A stretch of DNA of 61,449 nucleotides, filler included, from Hausera hauseri (lineage: Eukaryota): the NCBI GenBank assembly GCA_046269625.1. It is 11 parts of 11 records of this genome, joined end to end, with 100 filler letters (N's around TTAATTAATTAA, not from the genome) between each part and the next. Parts side by side here need not be neighbours in the genome. Positions count along the whole stretch, not along the records: positions 1 to 7,197 come from JBJURY010031558.1; positions 7,298 to 11,952 come from JBJURY010488020.1; 9 more parts are not named here. The stretch is one strand, 5' to 3'. Both the position numbers and the translations under genes were made by a program. Numbering within the stretch: position 1 is the first letter of the stretch; each line of letters opens with the position of its first letter. Under the pieces are notes generated by a model that was not told the DNA's origin, searched no databases, and saw nothing but the letters and a program-made list of their open reading frames with translations. Positions 1 to 8,758 of the stretch are shown piece by piece.

Positions 1-35
1 ACAATCAACAATTTGTGACACTACCCATTCTTTCC
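1..35 (-). promoter_or_regulatory. Polypurine tract (21-35) and first 20 nt of the 3' LTR (TGTCACA...)
   Basis: Minus strand reads gtcgtGGAAAGAATGGGTAG|TGTCACAAATTG, about 60 nt after the last ORF stop. Confidence 0.7.
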
Positions 36-92
36 ACGACTTTATATAGTAATTTGCCAGTTTATTTACACTTCATTTCTTCGGACTAATTA

Positions 93-650
93 TCAATTAT
101 TAATCAATTTACGACCTTTTTTATTTACGACACTCTCGGATGTGCCCATTGCGTCAATAGGGGTGCCGCGTAATCTGTCCATTCGTCCGCGTAAGTCCGC
201 TTCCGAATCTGTTTCGTTAGATGGTGACTGCGAGTCATTAAGGTAGGATGTAGTGGCCTGTTCGGGCAATATCTCCACTATTTTCTTATTCTCTCCATTC
301 GAGTAGTGTTTTAGCCTTGTAGCTTCAGCTCTGCATACTGGGCAGGTCGTTTTACCATTTTTCAGGGTCCACGTTTCTAAGCAGTATCTGCAGTATTTAT
401 TACTGCAGTCCTTGTTATCTAGGACCACGAAACCTTGATAGAGATCAGCATTACAAACGGGGCATTCTTCTTTTTTAGCTGCGTCGATGTCCTCAAGGTT
501 TTCATCCACTTTTATTATTTCAAATACCAGTCCTTTCTTATCTTGATATAAGTATCCGTACAATCTCTTTTGATTTGGGTCTATTGAGCTTTTCTTTGGG
601 TCATCGGATACTGCGACTAAGGTCCATTCGACGATTTCTTTTTTGTCCAA
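93..650 (-). CDS. RING-finger (C3HC4-like) domain, probable C-terminus of the retroelement accessory protein
   Basis: CPVC...CSNKYCRYC...W...CPVCR at about 333-464. The His ligand position is Asn (AAT, one base from CAT). Confidence 0.75.
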   Translation of the reverse strand: MDKKEIVEWTLVAVSDDPKKSSIDPNQKRLYGYLYQDKKGLVFEIIKVDENLEDIDAAKKEECPVCNADLYQGFVVLDNKDCSNKYCRYCLETWTLKNGKTTCPVCRAEATRLKHYSNGENKKIVEILPEQATTSYLNDSQSPSNETDSEADLRGRMDRLRGTPIDAMGTSESVVNKKGRKLINN

Positions 651-1098
651 ATTGGGTACTCCAGTCTTCTTGTACTGTCCTTTAGTTGAATCCTAACTTG
701 GGTATCCACGGGAATTGTTAATCTGTTAGTTCCACTCTTTCATTGAAATACTGGGCTAGGTATCTGCCGATAGTGTGGTCTTCTCTGGCATATCCGTTTC
801 CACTCACTGTCCGCCTTGGAACGGTAGATGCGTAAAATATAGCCTCTTTGATCTTTCCTTTGCTATAGTATTCGGCCATGACGAGGATTTGTTTATATTC
901 TTTAACTTGGCCAAATTCTGTGACAATAATTGGGGTATGTTTTTCCCAGTTCTTCCGAAGAACGTTAACTTCCGTTTTAAAAGGTTTCGGCTTAGTAATT
1001 TCTAGTTGGGTTTCTCTATCTTCTTTCCATTTTTCCTGATTTGCTACTCCCTTCTGATCTTTTATGGACTTCTCCGGGATTAAGTTATCTGTCGTTAG
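651..1098 (-). pseudogene. Frameshifted middle part of the accessory gene, linking the 487-aa ORF to the RING ORF
   Basis: Manual translation gives ...KQILVMAEYYSKGKIKEAIFY... and LTIPVDTQVRI..., matching MLVSTEYYSKKIIKEAMFF and IVVPVDKQIRV of 19082..19429. Confidence 0.7.
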
Positions 1099-2519
1099 GC
1101 CCTTGCTGGTCTTGCTTCTTTTTTGTTGATATAGTCCAGAAAAGAGGTCTTTGTTTTTTGCCTCTTTGGTTTCTCAAAATTATCAGCTCTTTTTGTTACT
1201 TCTCCTTGAGCTTTACTGGTTGATGGTTTCTGTGGATTGGTTGGGACTTCCGTTGGGTTGTTATAGACTGTTATTCCGAATTTGTTATGTTCATGGGTTT
1301 CGATTTGTCGGTAGCTAGGGTATTCACTAAACCCTTTTCGGAATTTTTGTATCAGTGCCTTGGGGTTATTGTCAGACATCGTATTCTGTATGGGACTTCT
1401 GGGTTTCCATTCGTAATCCAATCGTAATGAGTTATAGATATCGTTTATAAATTTGGTCCTTTGGCTGGCTGTCATTAGCTTAGGGAATTTGAATCGATCG
1501 CCATTCATGGCTTCTAGCATCATCTTAAATTGCGATTCGCGGGATGCTGACGGAAGCAGACAGCCTCTTTTTCGCATCAATGTACTTTCCACTTGGCTTA
1601 CTACTGCTGGGTTTTGACTCAATTCGCGAATTCCGGCTATGTATTCTTGTCTGATTCCTAGTCGCTCCAATGCTTCGTGCACTCGGAATTCGGTAATGAC
1701 GTATCCATATGAGCAATGGCTTATATCTTCTTGGATCTCCAAAAAATCTTTTCCTTTTTTGAGCTGGGGCTTCATGATTCCAGTAACGTCGGGAAAAGTA
1801 TCCTTTATCCTAGCACGAGGTGCGATTATTTTGTTTATGATTTCCTCTCCATTAGTATTTCTGATGGATACTTCGATCAGAAAGTACCATCCGTCATCCT
1901 TTTCTCCATAGTTTACGGCCAATATCCGAGTGTTTCGGCCATCTGGGACTAATCTGTAAGATTCCCCATTTTGCTCTATTTCGTCTTCAGATGGTTTCTG
2001 TACATATAATAACGGTGGTAGCGGCTTCATTACCTCGGTTCGCCACGTCATCTCTATCATAATCTTGGTCGGAAGGTCTGCGATCCTAAATTCCAGGGCA
2101 TAATTTATGAGGCTATAGCAACATAGCTCATAAGTACTAAACTTCCATTGCTGCCCTTTTTGCGTACTCCAGAATTGTCCTACGATCTTGTACTGAATTT
2201 TTTCATCAGCGACATGTATGTACAATTGCTGATGTGTCGGCTCGTATGGAATCAGATCCCTCAAGAGGTATGCTCGTGAATCCTTGGGATTTCTCATGGA
2301 ATATAATCGGACCAGTCGATTCTCTTCTAAACCCCATTTTAGTCCGTTCGGTATTTTACTCTCTTGTTTCAATTCTACATAATTCTGGCTTTTCAAATTT
2401 TCTTCAATTTGTCGGTATAGGTTTTTGGATAACGGCTTGAGGGCAGTGACGTGCTGCTGCAAGAATTTATCGATATCAAAATTGGAACTGACTGATGAAT
2501 TCTTCGCCTTCTCGGTCAT
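1095..2519 (-). CDS. Uncharacterised retroelement accessory protein, N-terminal ~475 aa
   Basis: Long open ORF, alignable along its length with 17490..19118 (INYALEFRIADLP/INYELEFRVAALP; SYRLVPDGRN/SYRLVQDGQN; LMTASQRTK/LLMASQRSK). Confidence 0.75.
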   Translation of the reverse strand: MTEKAKNSSVSSNFDIDKFLQQHVTALKPLSKNLYRQIEENLKSQNYVELKQESKIPNGLKWGLEENRLVRLYSMRNPKDSRAYLLRDLIPYEPTHQQLYIHVADEKIQYKIVGQFWSTQKGQQWKFSTYELCCYSLINYALEFRIADLPTKIMIEMTWRTEVMKPLPPLLYVQKPSEDEIEQNGESYRLVPDGRNTRILAVNYGEKDDGWYFLIEVSIRNTNGEEIINKIIAPRARIKDTFPDVTGIMKPQLKKGKDFLEIQEDISHCSYGYVITEFRVHEALERLGIRQEYIAGIRELSQNPAVVSQVESTLMRKRGCLLPSASRESQFKMMLEAMNGDRFKFPKLMTASQRTKFINDIYNSLRLDYEWKPRSPIQNTMSDNNPKALIQKFRKGFSEYPSYRQIETHEHNKFGITVYNNPTEVPTNPQKPSTSKAQGEVTKRADNFEKPKRQKTKTSFLDYINKKEARPARA

Positions 2520-2602
2520 ACTTACTCGACTGAAATAAAAATAAAGAAAATGAAACAAAACATTTTCTCTGTCTGATGATAGGATAACCCAATCTGTAGT
2601 TG

Positions 2603-4117
2603 TCAGGTTATGCTATCATAAGGTCCGTCTCGGTGCCCTATTACCCGTTTATCTCCCTCTCGATTTTTACAGTGTTTATTACAATTTTTGGAAACTAGAA
2701 AAATCATCGCTGTTGTTATGACAAGAACGAAAATTGACAAACTAAGTATAGCTATTATCGGTAAATTACTTGGCTCAGTAGAACTTTCCGTGGTAAATAC
2801 ATTTTGAGTGCTGATATCTTTATACGGCATTACTTCAAATTTATTGCCAAGCGTTCGTACTGTAAAAGTTTTGGGGTTCTTACCTTTCGCGGTAATTCTG
2901 ACTATATACTCATGTTGTGGCCGTAATGACCTGCATACGGCCCCCAGACTATTCTTTTTCAGGATCACAACTTGGTTGGTGTGCACGGTGCGACACTCAA
3001 TTTTGACGTCTCGATTTAACGTTTATGCAGCGTAAAATAAAATTCTATCACTTTTTGCTAAAATCTTAACCGGTATGTTTTTCGGCATTTCGCTCGAAGT
3101 TACAATCGTAGTAGTTCGAGTTGTACTCGGAGTCGTGGACGGTTTTCCTATAGTGGTTGGGAGCGGAAGCTTCCATATTCCATCCTTTGGACGATATCCT
3201 CTTAAATAGATACTTGGTTCTCCGGGATATATATCGTACAGATCGAGTTGCAACCAATAGTCTTTTCCTAATAGCAGTACAAAACACACAATAGGACGTC
3301 GTTTGGCCAAAGAATAGTATCCTGGTTTAGGAATTGAAGTGTTCAGTGGCGTAAATTGGACAGAGATTTCCTTGTCTTCTGGTAGTCCGCTTTTGGTCTC
3401 AATTCGAATGCACTGGTTCTTTACGTCCTTACGAATTCCAATAATGTTGTAGTCTAAGAGCCTTTTAACCGGATCGATGCTTCGAATTATTTCGTCCGTC
3501 TTAGCTTGATTTACGTCTTTCTGTTGGAGCATCCTTATTGAGAGTTCCATAGTTATGTAGGCCTGAGCCCCGAATTTATAAGAATAAAACATTTGAAAAC
3601 TGTATCCGTAAGTTTGTCCAAAATCCAAACTACAATATATATGAACTCCGTACGAAAAATCACACATTCTCATCGTGTCCTTGGTCTCAAATATTATTTG
3701 AAATTTTACGTAGCTCCGAATAGGTTCGCTTGATTCAAACCATGCACATGGCTTTCTCCAATCCATATCGCGTACTCTAAGTGACTGTAAGTTTTGGATA
3801 TCCTTTCGCTTTTCGCTTTGAGCAATCGATTTCGCAGTTGGTATATACGAAGCGATTAATGATAAGGCCAGGAATATTTTCACATAAGATATTGGTCTGG
3901 TCACTATCGACGATGTTTTCTTTTCTTTATTGACTTTATTTGATCGCAAATTATAGCGTTTATCCGGTCTTATTTCCGTTTTCACTACTCTCTGAATCGA
4001 TAAAATCTCTTCCTTGCCGTTTTTATTTATATAGACTGTGGTCGGCGTAACCTTAGTGACTTCATAAGGTTTTCTACCGGTTCTAGTAAGTTTAAGAGAT
4101 GTGCTCTTTTTCGTCAC
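2603..4117 (-). CDS. Integrase C-terminal tail fused to an env-position type-I membrane protein (signal-like segment, three FN3-like repeats, Thr-rich linker, TM), with one in-frame stop at 3023-3025
   Basis: ORFs 3023..4117 and 2603..2986 share a frame. Hydrophobic IFLALSLIASYIPTAKS; repeats CSLDFGQTY, CFVLLLGKDY, CRSLRPQHEY; TM IIAILSLSIFVLVITTAMIFLV. Confidence 0.65.
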
Positions 4118-4965
4118 TGGGAAGTGTACGTAAACTCAGTTTCCGGGTTCTAGGTCATGTGGTTTAGCCTTCTTATCATACTGTTTCTTAAATTGTTCCT
4201 GGTATTCTTTAGATAACTCTTTGGCTATTTCCTAACACCTGTGCAATCTTGATTGTACTACTTCGACAAAATTCTGATCTAAATCTTCCGTTCTAGTTGT
4301 ATATGGAATCAATCCCAAATCAGTAGGCAGTACAGCTTCTCTACCGTACATCATAAAAATGGACTGAATCTTGTCGCAGGATGTGGAGTAGTATTAATGG
4401 CAAATTGTGTGCCTTCTAAGAACTCGTCCCAATATTTCTGATCCTTCGCGACTACTGTCGATAGAATCCGTATAACGGTCGCGTTCATTCTCTCGACCAT
4501 TTCATTACATTGGGGGTGGTAAGCTGTAGTAGTTAATCTTTCGATCTCAAAAATCTTGGTAATTTTCTCGAACAGTTCACTCGTGAAGTTTCTTCCTCGG
4601 TCCGTCAGTATTTGTTCGGGTGGCCCGTATCTGCAGATGATCTTCCGGACTACGGCTTCTGTTATGGTCTCGGCCTTTTGGTCTAATAATGCTATAAGTT
4701 CGACGAAATGGGTCAATCGATCTACACACATCAGAATGTATTTGTTATTTTTGTGCGTTGTAGGCAAGGGTTCTACAATATCCATAGACATTGCTTGCAT
4801 TGGTCTATCGGGCACATCGATAGGCTTGAGCTCGGCGACGTAATTCTTTACTTTTCTTTGCTTGGTGGCACATACTTCGTACGCATTTACCCAATTTTTC
4901 ACGTCGATATAGATACTTGGCCAATAGCATTTTTTTAAATCCTTTTTAATATCTTTTTCCACCAC
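4118..4965 (-). pseudogene. Gypsy integrase (zinc-binding remnant and DDE core)
   Basis: YWPSIYIDV; MDIVEPLP; ILTDRGRNFTS; TTAYHPQCNEMVERMN. Confidence 0.93.
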
Positions 4966-6047
4966 AAATGTCCAGCCAAATAAGAATCATGTTCGGCCAT
5001 GAGTACTTCCGTTCGTAATCCTTTCGGTATGACAACTAGTTTCTGTCCCTTTCGTTCGTAATATAACACATTCTCGCGGTTCAAATCTCCAGCGACGCAG
5101 TATTTGTGACCATATCGTCGTAAGTGTTTCCGTAACTGATGACCTTTTGGTGTTACGTTGGTCTCTATGAACTCGATAATTTGTTGTAAAACCCGATATT
5201 TTCTTTGCTCAACAGCAATTTTTAATGCCTTATCTAGTGTGAGAATCTGTTGTTTCTCTACTAAGTCTGCAAGGTGAGCTTTTCTCATTACTGTAACTGC
5301 GCTTGTTTTCGTTTTAAGTCTCGATAATGCATCAACGTCAACATGTTTGCTTCTGGGCTTGTATTGGAACTCGATATTATATAGCGATATTTCCTCAATC
5401 CATCTGTTGAGCCTACAAGTTGGGTTATTCGCTTTACCTTTCAAAGTCGTAACTGCTTTATGATCCGTAACGATTATCATCTTTTGTCCATAGACATATA
5501 CATTGAAATTCCGCAGTGCTTCTTTTACCGCTAATGTTTCTAGTTCCGTAACAGAATAGTTCTTTTCTGCTTTCTTCAAAGAACGTCCCCCGTATGCAGT
5601 CGGGTGTTCCAACTCTTCGTCTTCTCGTTTTTTGGCCAGTTCATATCCTATACCTTCCTTACTGGCGTCTGTTTTGATTATGAACGGCAGGTTGAAATCG
5701 GGATATCTTAAAACAGGTTCGCTAGTTAGAATTTTCTTCATTTCATCAAAGGCCATTAGTTCAACATCGGTCCATTTCCATTTAATCCCTTTCTTTAATA
5801 AACGATACAAGGGTGCATTTATCTTTGCGTTTTCTGGCACGTAGGTGGCGTAATATCCACATAATTCTAGCCAATGCCTCAATTCTTTTTGGTTTTTGGG
5901 CTCCATGCAATCCGATATTTTACTTAACAGTGATTTATCCGGTTTTGATCCTCCTTCCCCAACTATATGTCCGAGGTACGACACAGCATTTTGAGCCCAT
6001 TTACACTTTTTGGGATTCAGCTTTAATCCAGCTTGCTCTAATCTCAT
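4935..6047 (-). pseudogene. Gypsy RT thumb/connection and RNase H
   Basis: LKLNPKKC...YLGHIV; FIIKTDASKEGIG; NYSVTELETLAV; VTDHKAV; DALSR. Confidence 0.93.
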
Positions 6048-6089
6048 GAGCGTACCTTCAATATCATTTATGTGGTCCTCTTTCGTTTT

Positions 6090-7197
6090 TCATGCAATCA
6101 TGACGTCGTCCAAATAGGCGAACGCGTGCTCTAGTCCCATTTGCATTTTGTTCATAATCCGGGTGAAAATGGCTGGCCCGGTAGTTATCCCAAATGGCAT
6201 AACATTAAATTCGTATATACCGTCGTGTGTTTTAAAGGCTGTCTTATAGCGATCTTCCTCTTCTATCTCTACTTGCCAATATCCAGATTGCAAATCGAGC
6301 GTGGTAAACCATTTAGCTCCCGAAAGTCTGTCTAAGGCTTCCTTTACTGATGGTAACGGAAAAGAGTCCTTCATCATAAGTGTATTTAATGCTCTATAGT
6401 CGATGCAAAATCGGTGTTTACTGGTACCTTTCTTCTTAACCATAAGTATAGGCGAGTACCAAGATTGGTAACTTGGTCTAATTATGTCGGCCCTTAACAT
6501 TCGTTCAACTTCCCTAGTTATTTCTGGCCTTAGCGAGTGTGGAGGAGGATACCATTTCGGCATCTTTTGATCCTCTAAGTCTATTTCATCATTAGATCCT
6601 GGCTTTTTCTTAACCTGAATCGTGAGCCTTAAAGTTTTGGCTCGGCCAATATCCTCTTCATCTCTCGCGATAATTGAGCTATAAAGACAAAGTAGTTCGT
6701 AGAATCGGCAATATGACTCTGGTGAAAATTTGGTCTCAACGTGGGGTGGAAATTCGGCACACTTGTATAGTTTCTCTTCGATGGTAATCGATGACACTCT
6801 ATACGTGTGTCCTAGAGTAGTATTGGCGTACAGTTTAATCGGAGTTGGTGCGTTATTGGCTATTCTGATTGGCACACGGCCCGTTGATACTCTTGTTAAA
6901 ACATTGCTGATCACTAGGTTTGGATCGAGCGATTCCTTTGGCTCAAAATATATTGGCTGATCGTCAACCTGACGTATCTGAGCATATATTAGGATTTCTG
7001 TTCTAAGTGGTATGGTTTCATCCACTGGAATCCATAATTCTCCAAATTTTTTGTCTTTAGTGGTTTTAACTCCTTTTATTGGGCCAAGTTCTATAAATTT
7101 GCCTGCATTGAAATCGATTGCTATATTAGGTAGTTGCCTCAATAGATCACACCCTAACACTACGTCATCCGTTAGTTGCTCCATTACTGAGAATTCG
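6090..7197 (-). pseudogene. Gypsy protease C-terminus, spacer and reverse transcriptase
   Basis: VVLGCDLL; RFCIDYRALN; LDLQSGYWQV; MPFGITTGPA; YLDD. Confidence 0.95.
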
Positions 7198-7297
7198 NNN
7201 NNNNNNNNNNNNNNNNNNNNNNNNNNNNNNNNNNNNNNNNNTTAATTAATTAANNNNNNNNNNNNNNNNNNNNNNNNNNNNNNNNNNNNNNNNNNNN
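7198..7297. other. Artificial contig linker. Identical linkers at 11953-12052, 17343-17442, 22471-22570, 29079-29178, 33346-33445, 40633-40732, 46913-47012, 51347-51446 and 57247-57346
   Basis: 44 N + TTAATTAATTAA (stops in all six frames) + 44 N, repeated ten times. Confidence 0.98.
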
Positions 7298-8130
7298 ATC
7301 AATTTTTAAACATGTGCCAGTCGATAGTGCACATGGAGCACTATCGATCGGTAATGTGCTAGGTAACGGTGCCGGTACGTACCGTTGCTAAGCACATTTT
7401 TGCACTTTTAACAAATCGATATCTGCACATGGCACAATTGATCGAATCAATCGGTACAAAGTGCTAATCGGTAGTACACATTAGTGCACACAGACTGGTG
7501 CTCAGTGCAGGTGCATTTCACATGTGCAAGTGTGCAAAAATCAATAATATCGGTTTACCGATATTTCGAATATCGATGATTATCACATGGCACCGGTTGC
7601 AATCGAATGAATTTACAATTAGAATTTAAATGGATCAAATGGTTTTCGAATAAATGCCAAGTGGGACAGACTTCCCATTGGCCTTTCCGGTGTAAAATGA
7701 AAAATAGATAAAATCGTAATGTCACATGTACTGGTCGGTAGTGAATGCCGTGCACTACCAATCGGAAAATTCTCAAGGCGGAGGTACCCTTGGGCACCGT
7801 TGCCATGACTCTTTTACACTTTTCACATTTTTGTAGCTGTACAGCCTAGGATTGATGGAATCGATTGGGGCCAAGTGCTAGGGAATACAGCATGTCGAGG
7901 TGCATCTTGTTGTTCACTGTGCAGGTACGCAGCACATATGCAAGTATGCAAAAATCAATAATATCGGTTTTCCGATATTTCCAATATTGATGATTAGCAC
8001 ATTTGACTAGGTGCAACCGATTGGAAATACGGTGTACTATGTGAATGTGCTATTCGAATTTTAATAGATCGAGTGGATTTGGAATAATATCGACTTGAAG
8101 ATGAGGCGGGGCAGACTTCCTATACGTTTT
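7298..8130. repeat. Hairpin-rich non-coding repeat with an internal ~415-bp-spaced duplication
   Basis: Stems at 7321-7347 and 7353-7398. Block GTGCAAAAATCAATAATATCGGTTTACCGATATT occurs near 7533 and again near 7946. Homologous to 47013-47150 in reverse orientation. Confidence 0.75.
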
Positions 8131-8758
8131 ATTTGTCCTAAGTACTTAAAATTCGATACAACAATTAGCGAGGACAGATAGGATGTCGAGTATGGAGATC
8201 TCGAATATCCAGTCGAATATTCGAAATTCGAAAACTTCCCCATTCGAATATCGAAAATCGAACTTTTCGAAAAATCAAACAACTGCATTTGATTCCCCAT
8301 GTCCGAAAATCTCTTTATGCATTAAAGTTATTCCATGAAAATGTGCTTTATATATACAGAATCAATATTTCCAATTGAGCAAAATGTGCATTTTAAAGGC
8401 CCATAAAGCATAAAAATTGATAAATCTAATAGTGGGACTGGGTAGGAACCAATATGAAGTGAATAGAAATATTTAGCTATTCGAACTCGAAAACTCGGTC
8501 AAGCATGCATTATTCGAAGAATCTAATGATATCACCCAATTCCCAATGTATGAACACCTCTTAAATTTGGCGCATAAGTGCATTTAATTTATTTAATGCA
8601 TTAAAACAAAGTGTTCTAGAATATTCGAAAATTCAAAAGTTACAAAATAAATAAATGAGGCAGTGTATTTTGAAATGGCTATACGTTTCATTATTTCCAA
8701 AATCATTTCCACGAATGGTGAGATTTTTATTTGTACTCTTCAAATATTTGACTTTTAG

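Larger units (their letters stand above)
1..7197 (-). mobile_element. Ty3/Gypsy LTR retrotransposon, 3' part: PR end/RT/RNase H/IN, extra ORFs, PPT and start of 3' LTR
   Basis: Domain order RT-RNH-IN on the minus strand. The purine tract GGAAAGAATGGGTAG followed by TGTCACA lies at the contig end. Confidence 0.9.

Noticed and set aside
1095-1130. Programmed -1 frameshift in the accessory gene (both copies shift by -1)
   Set aside because: The shifts occur at non-homologous A-runs (~1120 versus ~19060); homopolymer error or decay is more likely.
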